The notes under the pieces were generated by a model. That model was not told the origin of the DNA and ran no database searches. It saw nothing but the letters and a program-made list of their open reading frames with translations. A program made the translations under genes and the position numbers. DNA of 62,611 nt, the filler included, from Diploschistes diacapsis (taxonomy: Eukaryota), in the NCBI GenBank assembly GCA_023645945.1. It is 25 parts of 25 records of this genome, joined end to end, with 100 filler letters (N's around TTAATTAATTAA, not from the genome) between each part and the next. Parts side by side here need not be neighbours in the genome. Positions count along the whole stretch, not along the records: positions 1 to 1,588 come from JALAIB010002848.1; positions 1,689 to 3,276 come from JALAIB010002849.1; positions 3,377 to 25,659 come from JALAIB010000285.1; 22 more parts are not named here. One strand, 5' to 3'. Positions 1 to 12,477 of the stretch are shown here, piece by piece. Position 1 is the stretch's first letter, and every line of letters begins with the position of its first letter.

Positions 1-927
1 CATACGCATATATCTTAAAAATAAAGAAGTGGACTACGTTCTTAATAATTAACTATTATCGCCTACTGTAATTACCTTAGATGATTCTACATCATTTACT
101 TCTATCGATTCAGATTTAGTTTTAAACAAAATATCTAAATAATAAAAGAAAGATTAATCTAAAGCAAACTACCAAATTATGATCTATACAGGAGAAATCG
201 ATTAAGAACGTTTTCGTGATTTACCTACTACGAAAGCTAAATAGGATTCTCTATAGATAAAATACCAGGCGATTACTGAACCTAAACGTCGCCAACTGAA
301 CCTTAAGTTCGCCAATTATAAATTCAAGAAAGGCACGATTATTTAAAAAACATAAATACATTTAATAAAACTTTTAAAGAAATTATCGTATAAACGGACC
401 GAATACGTTTTAAAAATTCTTTTTTAAAAATTATTTATAATAATGCCGTCTAACTATAGAATTATTATCGACATCATTGATACGTAAATCGATATTGTTT
501 CATCCGTCAATATCGATTTCGATAGATAGCTCAACAGACTCACCAACAAACAAAATAAATTAATAAAAAAGGTTATAACATATTTCTTACGTTATAATGA
601 ATCATAACATCCGAAGAGCTTCTATTCCTAAGAACGATCCGACGAAAAACGACGCCGCTATTCTAACCCAATAAAAGAATGTTTATTTTATAAAATCAAT
701 AATTATCGCGCAATATAGTACAAACTCACTAAAGAGTTCAGACAAATAGTCATCGCAACAAAAAACAAGAAACGGGAAAAAAAAAGAATCCCGAAACATC
801 CGCGACAAGAAAGATAAGAATAAACGCGCCTATAATATAGAAAGTTTAGACGATAAAAGTTCAGAAAGTTTAAAATCTAAACCTAAATCTGAACCTTAAC
901 CATATAATAATAAAGTTAGTAACATAA
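1..927 (+). mobile_element. Ty1/copia gag relic, RIP-mutated
   Basis: Reading through RIP stops gives RIHLE.KEVDYVL...W.KDQSKANYQIMI.TGEID.ERF...AK.RWDSL..KY and a degenerate Cys knuckle near 680-720. Homologous in reverse to 53633-54105 and 40300-40800. Confidence 0.7.
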
Positions 928-1379
928 TGTTATGATCTCTATCTCTACAATGTAGACACGAGGTATTAATCAAGGTGGGTTTGGTCTCGTTTAGAAGAGG
1001 AGTGCAAGCAGGAGAAGAAGTTAGAATAATTATAGGTCTTAGACTGTCTTTAGAAAGAAGGTTTTTTAGTAATAGAAGTAACGAATATAAATTGATCCCG
1101 AATAATAATTAAAGATGTCTATAAAAATAAATATATCAGAATTTATAAAAGTTATAACGACGTTTATATATATAATTCAAGATAATAGCTAATTACCGAT
1201 AATAAAACAGTCGCGACAGCGTTATTATTAATAAAAAGCTGTTTAAGTAGATCTATCTTAATAGACATCTATTACTAAACATCTGTTAGTCACGTGACCC
1301 GCGTCACCTCGGCCGGTTTATATATAAGAAAACGAGGATGTACTAAATAGACTATCTCGTAATTACTTGGATCGTAATA
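928..1379 (-). mobile_element. LTR family A (gypsy/chromovirus 3' LTR), with PPT and 3' internal sequence at 1380-1588
   Basis: TGTTATGATC...GATCGTAATA termini (10-bp inverted ends, RIP-altered). The adjacent sequence is the reverse complement of the PPT-bearing flank at 36600-36670. Confidence 0.85.
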
Positions 1380-1588
1380 CTATCCCTTTCTTTCAATATT
1401 ATCGGCCCGATGATTCGCCGAAGGGTCTAACATAAATATTAAACAAAAGAGAATCCTAAGTCGTGAAATAACGATGTCTTTTTTAACTTCTCGTAACCAT
1501 AGATTTACCGATCGAATCCTTCGATTAAATAAAATCGCTAATTTTTTTTATTTCTATTATTCGGTTTCTTATAATTATATTATTATAC

Positions 1589-1688
1589 NNNNNNNNNNNN
1601 NNNNNNNNNNNNNNNNNNNNNNNNNNNNNNNNTTAATTAATTAANNNNNNNNNNNNNNNNNNNNNNNNNNNNNNNNNNNNNNNNNNNN
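1589..1688. other. Artificial contig linker (first of 24)
   Basis: 44N-TTAATTAATTAA-44N (stops in all six frames). Also starts at 3277, 25660, 27347, 29034, 30718, 32401, 34082, 35763, 37444, 39124, 40804, 42484, 44163, 45842, 47521, 49200, 50878, 52556, 54234, 55911, 57588, 59263 and 60938. Small contig lengths never increase, running from 1588 to 1574. Confidence 0.99.
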
Positions 1689-3771
1689 TCTCTGCAGATG
1701 CCAACTTCTGTGTCCACCTGCCTCGCCAATACTGGCTCTCAAGCATGGCCGAAATGATAACTGGACTTGATTTACCCCCCGATAAGAAACATCAAAGATC
1801 TCGATGAAAGTAGGACTTGGGAGGTAAAGAGATGGTCAGGATACTTAGGAAGGGTAGTTGATGCACACGGGGAACTGAAGTGTCATGCTGGAAGCGTCCC
1901 GGGGAGGCACGCGTTTGACAACGGGGCATCGAACCTTGATGCCATCATGATGGAATCAACCAGAGTTTAGAAAGGGAATGAAAGAGGAGACGATAGTCAA
2001 TTTCCGGGAATGGAGGCGAGATTTTCGTGTATACCCAGTACTGGTAGACAGCCCAGCAGTGAAGTGAAGTCTACCTACTTATCCAATGGTTGCGACGCGC
2101 GGCGGCCATCGACCGCGGGAAGGCAACAAATTTGACAACCCGCTTTCCAACTTCTCCTAGTTCGTTCAACTGGACTGGTCGCAACTTTGCAAGGTACCAC
2201 CACCATATAGCACTGTAAGGTCTCAGGCCTGCAAGTTCTTATTCGCCGCTTTACTTCGCTCAAATTTGCCGCAGGAGCAGCAGGGACTCCCTTGCCCCTT
2301 CTCCGCTTGTCGTTTCACTTACCAAGGTCATTGTCGAATCGAAGCGACGCTGAGTGCGTGCACAAGCGCCTGCCCGATGGCTAACCTCAACGCAAAACGC
2401 AGAGGCGTTACGAGGCAGCTTAGTCCAATACATCACCGCAACATCGGGTCTCAACCAGCGTGCTCTGTGTAGCCAGCCCGATGGCGAGATCGCGAGGCAA
2501 AAAAAACTCATGGATTTCAAAACTGCATACAGCAAAAAGCATTATAGTCAAGCGAGCATCCATCCAACGTTCAAGGCTCGTATCGAGACCCTTGTCCACG
2601 CTGGCCTTCACTCTGCGACAAAAATTATCTTTGGCAGTATCAACGATGTCGTTGGCCATAGGGAATGGCCATGCTCCAGTCTTCGAGCCACATATTCGTG
2701 TATACGGAAAGACCAACAGCTTACGCACCCGACTCGCTGAGTAAGATCTCGAGCATCTCGAGCATCGTAAAATATTGTCAGGAGAAATCCTCTGACCTGT
2801 ATATATTAACCATCTGGAATGCTTTAAGCTCTTTCTTGCTCGTCTAGGTACCGAATCACTTCTTTTCTTTTCTTTTCTTTTCTTTTGTTCCTGTTCCACT
2901 CTTGAAGGCCCTTTCAAGATCTCTCTTAATAATCGATGGTGTCTTCTGGGGGTCTTCGGTTGCTATGCATCGGATTCGTTCCACTTCTCACTGTGTTCCA
3001 GTGTAGAACTTACGTTGAAACTGATAACAATTGAGTCAACCTTGGCTTAGGGAGGTACGGAAGTAGGTTCTTAGAGCCTAGCATCGGGCCAATGGGTAAT
3101 TGGCAAGCTTCCAGCCGCACTGTGATACGCAAGGACTGCAAGGACTGCTACGAAACTCGTAGTGTCGTCCGAACAACGGTAGTGGCGCTATGGCATGAGC
3201 ACGGCCTCTTTTGGACATCGAAGGCGGCGGGTCAAAAGCCTAGTAGAAATGCCGATAGGTGCTACTGGGAGGGGGGNNNNNNNNNNNNNNNNNNNNNNNN
3301 NNNNNNNNNNNNNNNNNNNNTTAATTAATTAANNNNNNNNNNNNNNNNNNNNNNNNNNNNNNNNNNNNNNNNNNNNGACGTGATCGGGGCGGGGCGTGCG
3401 CTTTTGTTCAGGTTGTTGGGTTTGCATTGCTTCGCGTGGGATGGCGCCGGTGCATTTTTTTTGTCGGAAAAATTGTCCGCTTTTCTTTGGTTTTGGCTCT
3501 CCGCGGTTCAAGCACACGAGGACAAGCTAGCAATGAAAGGATCAACGATGTAGCAAGAAATCTTTTGCGCTCGTCTATGCTCTAGCCGAAACACGTAGCC
3601 TACACACCGCTCTAACCGCCATATGCACAAACTCAGAAACCAAGATACACCTCTTCCCTTAACCTTCGAGCCCTTTCCCATTCCCATCAAGGGCCATCGC
3701 TCCGAGCGGATGACATTGAGGATTTCACAAAGCCCGCGCTTCGTTCTGCCAGCCGGCTCCCACGGCACCGC

Positions 3772-4590
3772 TCACTTGAGCATCTTGAACAGCTTCGGCG
3801 CAGCGCACTGTGCGGCGCAATGTTGAAGATGGAAGACTGCGCGACCGCATCGTCAGCATCTGTGTCTATTGAAAGCAGATAAAACAAACAGAGCCTTTGC
3901 TGGCTGAGCAGGGTGGAGCAGAGCCAGCCGCTCCGTACCACACAGGCTAGCGGGTGGAAAGAGGGGAAAGAGGGGAGGAGGGACACGTACATTCCTCCAC
4001 GCAATCCTCCTTCTTCCCGTGATGCGCGTCTGGGTTGTTCTCCTGGTCCGTCACGCGCGCCACGCATGCGTCGTAGTGGTGCTTCATCGGCGCGCACTGG
4101 GCGGAGTGGGCGCAATCTACGGCGAACGGGAAACCGGTCAATGATTGTGTTCTCGGAATAGGTGGGTTTGGGCGTTTGGATAATAGTAGGAAAAGATGTG
4201 GACGCGGCATGGGCGAGCCAACTGATTCATGGGGAAGGGCTGCTGCTGCAGCAGCCTTGTGTCTTGCAGTCCCACCTCATGGCGTTCACAGCAGTTCGGA
4301 GCGCTCGACTCACCTTCCTCAAGTTTCGGCTTCGGGTCCTCCGGCTCTTCTTCCTCTTCCTCTTCCTCCTCATCTCCACCCTCATCGTCCCCATCCTCCT
4401 CCTCCTCACCTCCCTCGCTATCCTCTTCCTTGTCTTCCCCTCCCTCCTCGCCCTTTTCTTTCTCCTCGTCTCCCCCTTCTTCCGAATTCTCCTGCTCGTT
4501 ATCCTCTTGCTGCTGCTGCGGCTCCTCAGCGTGCAGCTCGGTGAAGCTGACTGCTTCCCAGAGATCGGAGAGGAGGTCTGTTAGACCCAT
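3772..4590 (-). CDS. QCR6: Cytochrome b-c1 complex subunit 6 (hinge protein), 3 exons: 4590-4314, 4116-3991, 3836-3772
   Basis: Acidic N-terminus, then EDPKPKLEE|DCAHSAQCAPMKHHYDACVARV...KEDCVEE|FFHLQHCAAQCAAPKLFKMLK*. GT-AG introns join in frame. Confidence 0.96.
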
Positions 4591-4764
4591 GGTAGATGTG
4601 TAGCGTGGCGGTGGTGTGTAGGATGGGAGGAGCGGGCGACAATGGTGACTGTGCTAAAGGCAATGGAGGTGGGAGGTGGTGGTGAGGTAGCTTTCCAAGG
4701 GAGCTTGTGGAAAAGTTGGCGTGTAAAGGTTTAACTTGGCGCACAGTCTGAGGGTGCTGGACTG

Positions 4765-4812
4765 TGATTGGTTGGAGAGCCTTTGAGATCTTTGGGGATT
4801 CTATGATTGGTT
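4765..4812 (-). promoter_or_regulatory. Two CCAAT boxes upstream of QCR6
   Basis: Identical TGATTGGTT 9-mers (ATTGG at 4767 and 4806), about 180 and 220 nt upstream of the ATG. Matches the Hap/CBC site TNATTGGT typical of respiratory genes. Confidence 0.55.
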
Positions 4813-5632
4813 AGGGTATCGTCCCTTTCTCTTTAACCAGGGATGGAGCTACAGATCTACACGAAAAGATATCTACAACGCTTGAACAGGCATACGGTAA
4901 AGTACAATCACCGTATCTCCCGGCTGAAGAGAACTGAATAGTCCCTCTTTGTATGTACTACGAATGCGCAGAGCGCCTCGTTGGTTGATCTCATTTTCCA
5001 TATATGCCATGACACTACAGTATACCGCTCTATCGACTGGATCACTGGTAGCATTGCGAAGCGTGAGCTAGCGGTCCAAAATAAAGGGGAAACAAACTGA
5101 GAGAAGAACCCCAATGAAGTGCTAAGCGGGCGGTTTCTCTTAAATAAGCCTGTTGGCGCTCCAGTCAGCCTACCACCAAGTCGAGTATAGGGACTCGGCT
5201 TGGGTGAGTTTTTTGATATAGTTGTCTTTTAGCTCTAGTCACTGACGGGGATTTGATCAAAGATAACAGAAGTTGCGAGTTTGATGCTTGGAGCAGGTAC
5301 CATATCATTTTGTGACTTTTGCTCTGTGCTGTGATTGGCAATTCTCTTGGGCAGGTATCTGTTACTCACATCGTTATTTCGATCGTTCATGAACTGGAAG
5401 TTGACATGCCGTAACTCATTCCAGGAATTACTTTACCAGATTCCGAGAAGTCGAACGCTACACGGTCGGCCACTGTACATGATCAAGCTTCACAACGCGT
5501 CAACAAGGCCAATTGATCAAAGTTTATTGCTCATGCCATAGCATAATTGGGTATCATAACTACAAAACCGTCTACTATCGTGCTTTTATGCGGATGCTGA
5601 TTCCATCTAACTTGATTTCGTGACTCCAGCGC

Positions 5633-7077
5633 CTACTCGAACTTGAAGCTCTTGCCGCCCGAAGTGTCTATCGTTCCACCGCGACTGGAAGTCGTAAGCG
5701 ACAGCTTTGTTAAGTGGACCAGCCGGGAACTTACTATGAACCCCTCTTTTTCTTGTTCTTCTCTTTCGTAAAATCCTTGCCTTTCGTAATGCTCAGGTCC
5801 CGATGGGCTCTATCCGCGTAATCGTAGGGTACATATGCATTCGAAGAGAGTCTAGGGTCAACCACCGTGTCTGCAGGGACGCGTTGGAAAGGTGTAGTGA
5901 CCCTCTTTGCTTTTTTGTTCGTGGGCTGTAGGTTAAGGTCGACTGTCGCATCTATCTTGCGTTTCCCGAGTTTGGCGGAGCTTGGCTGAAAAGATCTGGG
6001 TGCTGCTTGGGCGTTGTCTGAGTCAGCGGACGTAGATTCTACAGACGATGAAAGAACTGCTTTCAAAACAGGCTTGTTGGGCGGTGTAGTGGCCTGGAGG
6101 GTAGTGCTAGAGTCAGAACCCTTCCGGCCATTGGAATCTTTCTTTTCAGAATTTACTAGCTTGTTCCCTGCAATTGGAACTGAAGCTTCCTCTTTCTTGC
6201 GTGCAACAAAGGGGTTCCCTTCTATGCTGTCTCCAGATTCGGACTCCGAGCTCTCCGATTTAGAATCTGACGTGGAAGATGGAGAGACCGAGCCTTGACT
6301 GCCTCGATCATCGCTTTCACCGCTTGCTTCCTTGCTAGCCGAGTCGGACGATGAAGAAGAAGATGAACTTGACGACTCGGATGTGACACTAACGGACCTG
6401 GCCTTTGAAGCTCTCTTTATCCCCAGCTTCTGTCCTCTACCACTGACTGAGCTTTCCGACGAGCTTGCACTGTCACTCTCACTCTCGCTGGTGTCGGACT
6501 CGCTACTGCTGCTCCCTGAAGAACCCTCCTTCCCCACCCGTGAACCGCTTTTGTTCTTGAAATTATCCGTTACTTCACTATCCGAGCCAGACTCATCTCC
6601 ACTGCTGTTTGTAGAGTCCGTGGGACTATCCTGACATGGCTCCGCATTTGGAATGGAGCGCCACTCCTTGTAAATCTCCGACAGACCGGGTGAGCTTGTC
6701 GCGAAAGCTTTATCATTCATTGTTGCAGCCCAACCATCGATACCCTCTCTTGCGCTGCGCTCCAACGAGAACAGTCGGGCTGTAGTAGCGAAGCCGTAAT
6801 TGGAGAGAAAAGCTTCGACAAGCTCTAGTAATTCCCAGAAAGGCGGCTCAGCGGCGGGTACATTGGCAGCTTGAAGTTTGAGATAGTCGAGAGCAGCGTT
6901 GCGCTCGCTCACATCCTGCTCTTTCAGATCTTCGGAAGGTTTTTCTAACAAGAAGAGCCACTTAGGCTCCGGGCGCTGCGGGAGGCTCATCTTCTTCTTC
7001 TTTTTCTTTTGTTTCTGACCATCGTGAGGCGTAGAATCTTTAGTAGATACCATCTTCTTCACTTTGGCCTCGGTCAT
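5633..7077 (-). CDS. SRP40: Nucleolar Srp40/Nopp140-like protein, 2 exons: 7077-5735, 5684-5633
   Basis: LisH-like motif (LLELVEAFLSNYGFATTARLF), Ser/acidic tracts, and SRP40_C terminus PFQRV...YADRAHRDLSITKGKDFTKEKNKKKRGSY|RGGTIDTSGGKSFKFE* after a 50-nt GT-AG intron. Confidence 0.93.
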
Positions 7078-7454
7078 GGCCGATGTAGCTGCTGAGTGTG
7101 AAGAGCTACGCGTGAAGAATTAAAGTAAAATGATCTTAGCAGAACTCGGGATTTTTTTTGTGACTTGCGGATCCTGTTTGGGAAAGGAGGGTACCTCGGC
7201 TGAGGGCCCGAGGTGAGCTCAACCTCACTTAACATACTTACTGCAGACTCCTGTTAGTTGTGTGCTTTGATTTGTATTGAGTGGACTTAAATAGTTCCTG
7301 AAATTAACCAATAAATTGAGTTGACTTTGTCAATTGAGAAACCATTGTATCTAGCAAGATTCTCCATCAGAAGGTGGTCATTAATGTTGATTGATGGGCA
7401 TCGAGTCCTTCCATATATCTCTAGCTAACAGGTTTTCAATCGCTACCTTTATAT

Positions 7455-9663
7455 TTACATATCATACAGACTTTTCCTTATGCTGATCCTGAGTCTCTCA
7501 AGTTCATCCTCGTCCCTCGTAATAACATCGTCGTTCAAACAAAGCTGTCCTAATATCGGCTTATCCCCTTCCTCAGACTTAACCAGAGGGTTGGTCAACC
7601 GTGCCTCCACTTGTTCTGCATCGGTAACCATCTCAAACCAAGCATTTGGCTCGACAATACTGTACCTGTAGCGCATCGGCGCCTTGATAACCAACTCCCT
7701 CTCCGTGGCTTTATTGGTTCTGTGAGGCAAGAGCGGAGCCAAGCCTGCGTTGTCCTATTCAGGAGGATCTTGAGCAGGCAATCGCCGCATTTTGGCTGCT
7801 GCCGGGCCAGTCGATCGAATATCAGGGCAGTTGAAAAGTACGGGTTTCAGAAGTGAGCATCGGGTGAGAAAATGCTGAAGCCAGGTGCGAGGCACTCGTC
7901 TACATTGTACTTTGGGCACTCAAGGCCCTGGATTGCGACACGCCCATCGTGTGAGGTCCAAAGCGTTTGGGAGTGTGATTGAGGTGGGCGGAGACCCGCG
8001 GTGGTGTGCAACACTGAATATGAAAAAAATTGCGGTCACGGTGAGTGGTAGAACCTTCATAGCCAATTCCTTCTTCTAGCTCAGACAATATAATCTGACG
8101 CTCTGACCAAGAAAGAAGGCCGTTGCTGCCCGTATCACTCCGCAAAGCTATGTAGCTCCATAACAGCGCTTCACGTTGGCGTTCGATAATGTAGTGGAAC
8201 ATAGAGTGCCAGCTGTAAAGCTGGAAGCCGAGCTCGCCTTTGGGTCCGTTTTCACCTCGAAAACGTCTGCTGGCGGATTTGAGAGTAGGTCGGGGAAAGG
8301 ATTCGCTTACTTCTTTGGCAACATTCCTGGAAACTGAGTGACCAAAGTGGACTTGGCCTTTGCGCTTGCGTTCGCCGAAGCGCCTATTGAGGAGCCATGA
8401 CGAGTAGATCAGGAAAGGCTTCTCGCCGAATCGTTGTGTCTTTTCCACAACCGGTGCGCCGATGATATTGTACACGTTGGATTTAAAGCCCACAGTCGGG
8501 CCGAAGAGGGGCGAGTAGATGTCTGACGCCGCATGTTCGGTAGTCAACAACATATCGTCCGATAGCACAAACATCCTGATTTCGATCAGCAGCCACAGTC
8601 GCAAGCAAGGAGGACTTCCGACCTTGTCGACCTCTGACTTAGTGTTGAATATTTGATTCTCGATTGTCAGCGAGTTGAAGGTAGGTAGGCAGACTTTCTT
8701 GTCCTCCTCAAAGAAATCTTCTTGTGCTAGTACATCGACAAGGCTATTCGTTTCATTATTCTGGCGAAGCCAACGTGGTCGCTGCCTCTGGCTGCGATCA
8801 AGCGAATTTACGAGGATTTGTATCTTATTTATAAAGGGACTGGCATATTTGAACACACTTCGAATCGAGTACCTTCAGTTCATCCCAGTCCCGATAACGA
8901 TTGATGCATGCCGTGAGAGCCATTGGCCTGCAGGATCATTGAGGGGCGAAGCTAGCTCGCAAGGCCTCATTGCATCTTGGGATGCTGCCTCTGAGCCGTT
9001 TACACCTGTTCATATTAGACAACACTCACATACTCGATAAAGACTTACAAGAGTATACAATATCGACTTTAGGCTCGGTCAAGTTGTCCCATCTCTCAAC
9101 ATCAAAAACTCCGTTAGAGGCCCACTCATCCTCCCATCCTTGTAACGCGCAGCAGTTGCTTCTTCGAAACGGATATTAATAACGTCAGGTAGAAACTCTG
9201 CACTATCATCAAGATCCTCGCAAGGGTTGGAGTGGCTAGGAGGGCTGTCAGACACAGCAACGGCAGCTTTCTGCCCCGAATACAATGATCTTGCTTTTCA
9301 TCCTAGTTCAAATCATACCTGCCGGACCTTAGCGGGCTGGGTCTGTAGTCTCTGCTGCAGCAGGCCGTCCATGCCCGAAACTATACCGGCGTCTGGTAAG
9401 AAGCTTTGCTCTGCTGAAGGGTTTACCGGCTGCTGCTGTGCCTTTACATGTGGCAGCGTAGCCAGCCGATTGTCTTCCAAATCTTGCAGATCCCTCTTGG
9501 CCTGTGCCATATCATTCGCCTCGACTGAAAGAGTATGCAGATACCAATGAAAAGCTACACTAGAAAGGACTGCGAGTAGTAAAAGCGGACGCATCAGCCT
9601 ATGGTATGTACGATGGAAAATAGACATGATGATAGGACGGGGGCTTGCTTCGCGAAATTCCAT
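7455..9663 (-). pseudogene. Stealth-family (Xpt1-like xylosylphosphotransferase) pseudogene
   Basis: N-terminal TM anchor. Motifs FEEA..LQGWEDEW, VDIVYS.VNGS, NRYRDWDEL RYSIRSV, LPTFNSLTIE, LSDDMLL, SWLLNRRFG, IERQREALLWSY, GQLCLNDD are spread over different frames. Frameshifts near 9148, 8905, 8875, 8015 and 7745; in-frame TGA at 7847-7849. Confidence 0.85.
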
Positions 9664-11058
9664 CGGGACAGATACTTCTTGGGAGGGCTGACGTCCTCCA
9701 AGAATCCTTATATTTTACACCTGTCCCTAAAGAATACTTTTATGGAAGTTGCGGTAGACGGCATCAACCATCATAGCGATATGACAAAAAATAGGTTCAA
9801 CATTCGCCAACTCTCTCAGCTCAGGTATATGAACGGTATAGGGAGCTTTTGGAAAACTCGATGTAGAGAAAACCCAAACATTCCAGACAGGAGAAAGCGG
9901 CACTACGAGCAATATTGCGTGATCAATGGGCGTTCAGGCTTACAGCTACCTTCAGGTCGGATCGACCTTGCATTTCGCCTTGCCCAACACAAAGCACTTA
10001 TGGGTAGAGACGCGAAATTGACAGGAAAAGTGACGATGAATGGACACTATGAGCGAAACAGATAGGTAATGCAACGACTCAAAGCGGAAAACATGGTATC
10101 CTTCGCTTGTGCTTGCCAAACTTTGCATAAGTACATGTTTTGAATTCGAACACAATACCTATGAGTTAGCAGCTTCTAGTAAGTGCACAACGTCCTCCAA
10201 AACCGTCCGCTCGGTGTGTTCTTGGATCCCATATACATTTGAGGCTTTTGCAGGCGTTAAACCTCACGATCACTTTCTTGAGTATCGGGAAAGTCTCAGT
10301 CTTATTGGTGTGGCTTGCAAAAGCACTACGGGTATGCACGATCTTGATTTTACTTACTAAAAGTAGATCCGTTGTACTTCCAAATTGGGCACAGAGATCA
10401 ATGTTTCTTCTGGTAGCAGCAAGTTAGCAACTAGGAGGCATTCCGGGATGCATCCGAATGAACTTAGCCCATCTTGGCAAAAGCTTGACGAAAAGCTTAG
10501 CAACAGCCACCGATGGTCAACGAGATACAAAGTGTGATAGCAACCTCTACGACCAGCGGCCCCCATCCCAACGTTTCAATAGTAGAACCCGAATTGATAA
10601 GATGCTACTATACCTATTGTTGCCAACGGAAGCTCCTACTGAGTTTTTGCGCCATTCCGGATCCTGGTGCCTAGTCGGAAATCGCTACTGCTGAAGCGAG
10701 CAGTGTCTACTTATTGTGAGGAAAGCTGAGACCTTCACAAGGCATAGAGTTGTTGATGGGCGCAATGCGACGGCAGAGATGGGCAGAGAGCGACGGTTGC
10801 ATTCTTCGCAGTCGGACAACTTTCCAAGGTAACAATGTCGTAAACCACTCGATTCGCTTTCGAAAGAGCATGAGCTCTACAGTCTTGTGGCCAAAGGTCT
10901 GCAGCTCCTTAAGCCTCATCTCAAGTATATTAAACCCTTCACCTCCCATCTTTGCATGGAAATCAACCTCCAGCTTAGCCCCACACTCCCTCAAGAAGAC
11001 ACCGCTTCTCCATTACTGCTCTTCCTTCAATATCAAAGCGTCAGCGAGAATCATCAAA

Positions 11059-11412
11059 ATGGTCAACTTTCTCAGCAAGCCCATCGTTGGCGCTATCCTT
11101 CTCGTTGCCCAATTCGCAGCTGCCAATCCACTCGATGCCAACCACTTGCAAGACCTCGAGGCCCGCAAGATCAAGATCAAGACCGATACCGCAAAGGTCC
11201 CCGGCCAAACACCCCCACCAGTCATTACGGTCACCAAAACCGTCACCAAGAAGAGTGGTCAAGTCGCTACTGAAACTATTATCATCATCGATCCATCTTC
11301 CAACTCAGATGCTGAAAATATCCGCCGTGCCGAGAAAGCGCCGTCCCGTCACGAGTTCCAGGATGCTCATGCTAAGCGTGAGGGTGATGTTCTCTGCAAA
11401 CCAATGAATTAA
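11059..11412 (+). CDS. Small secreted protein (117 aa), unknown function
   Basis: CAAAATGG start context, TATATTAAA near 10926, signal peptide MVNFLSKPIVGAILLVAQFAAA-NP, propeptide ending LEAR, Thr-rich VITVTKTVT segment. Confidence 0.7.
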   Translation: MVNFLSKPIVGAILLVAQFAAANPLDANHLQDLEARKIKIKTDTAKVPGQTPPPVITVTKTVTKKSGQVATETIIIIDPSSNSDAENIRRAEKAPSRHEFQDAHAKREGDVLCKPMN

Positions 11413-12477
11413 GGGTGGTCAGGAGCGGTGCAGGAAGATATCAGGGAAAGCAATTTGTTTGGATTAGGCACTGTACCTTCTGCAGTACCAGCCAAGATGT
11501 AGAAACAATCTCAAACCGCATGCTTCTCGTATAATTTAACCTCCGTGACTTCACCCTGATTGCTTGTGCGGGATTTCTTCGAATTTCTCTATAGTAACTG
11601 CTTCATCGTAGCATTCGCAGGTAGGTAAGGCGTGTGCATCAAACAACGTCTGTTTTGCTTCCCAGATCTTCAATGCCCCAAGGTCGCAATACCACTGGTC
11701 AAAGCCCTAGTGCGAAGAAGCTATTGGTCCAGTCAGTTGCAGGTCCTAGCGTCCACTCTGTATAGCGCAAGAAGGCCTGAGTCGGACGGTTGAAGCGATG
11801 TATAAAGAGGATTTTGGTCAAGTCTACTCTGATATTAGGCTTCCAGAGAGCTTCAAAATGAGTTCTCACTGGCTAGCATGCAAAAAGCAAAAAGCATAAT
11901 ACCCCTACTGAAGTATGATGGACCTTTGTCACTCCACACTGCTCCAAATTTGCAGCAGTACTCAATTGTCGATCGCAGCTTTTCACTAGTCTGACGAGCA
12001 GAGCGTCATATGCCTTCCTGAATTTGGATACGTCTGAACTCGAAGACTCGGGATATGCTGTTCCACCAGAATAGAAGTGGGATGCTTACCCAAGTTTTCA
12101 GGCTCAACGACATCGTTGTGTATTTACTGTAGAACTTACATCTAGAAGGGTCGACAAAAAATCGGATATGGTTTAATATCACAAGCCAAGAAGCTAGCGG
12201 ATCAACCATTACCCGAACTTGCATGATACTAATCAGGGCGGCGAGCAGTTCAACATCGGGAGGCTCGGAACATGAACTGTTTGAACCTCAGTCAGGCTGG
12301 TGTGCCTCCTTCAGTCGCCGCATTGTATGGACGTACGGTTGGATGACATCTCTTACGCCGCTGATCACTGTATAAATTCCCTGCACAGGAACGCAAAACT
12401 AAACAAGTGCGGCAATGACGCGGTCGATACAGAGGTTCATAGATCGATAGATTCGGCCAATAACAGGTTACATCGCC

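Noticed and set aside
1589..1688. Regularly spaced TTAATTAATTAA palindromes every ~1.68 kb
   Set aside because: Synthetic linkers between size-sorted contigs. The periodicity and any cross-linker adjacency are not biological.
9700..10700. Short ORFs and GCTAAC branch-like motifs on the minus strand
   Set aside because: I could not assemble a coherent spliced gene or recognise a domain.
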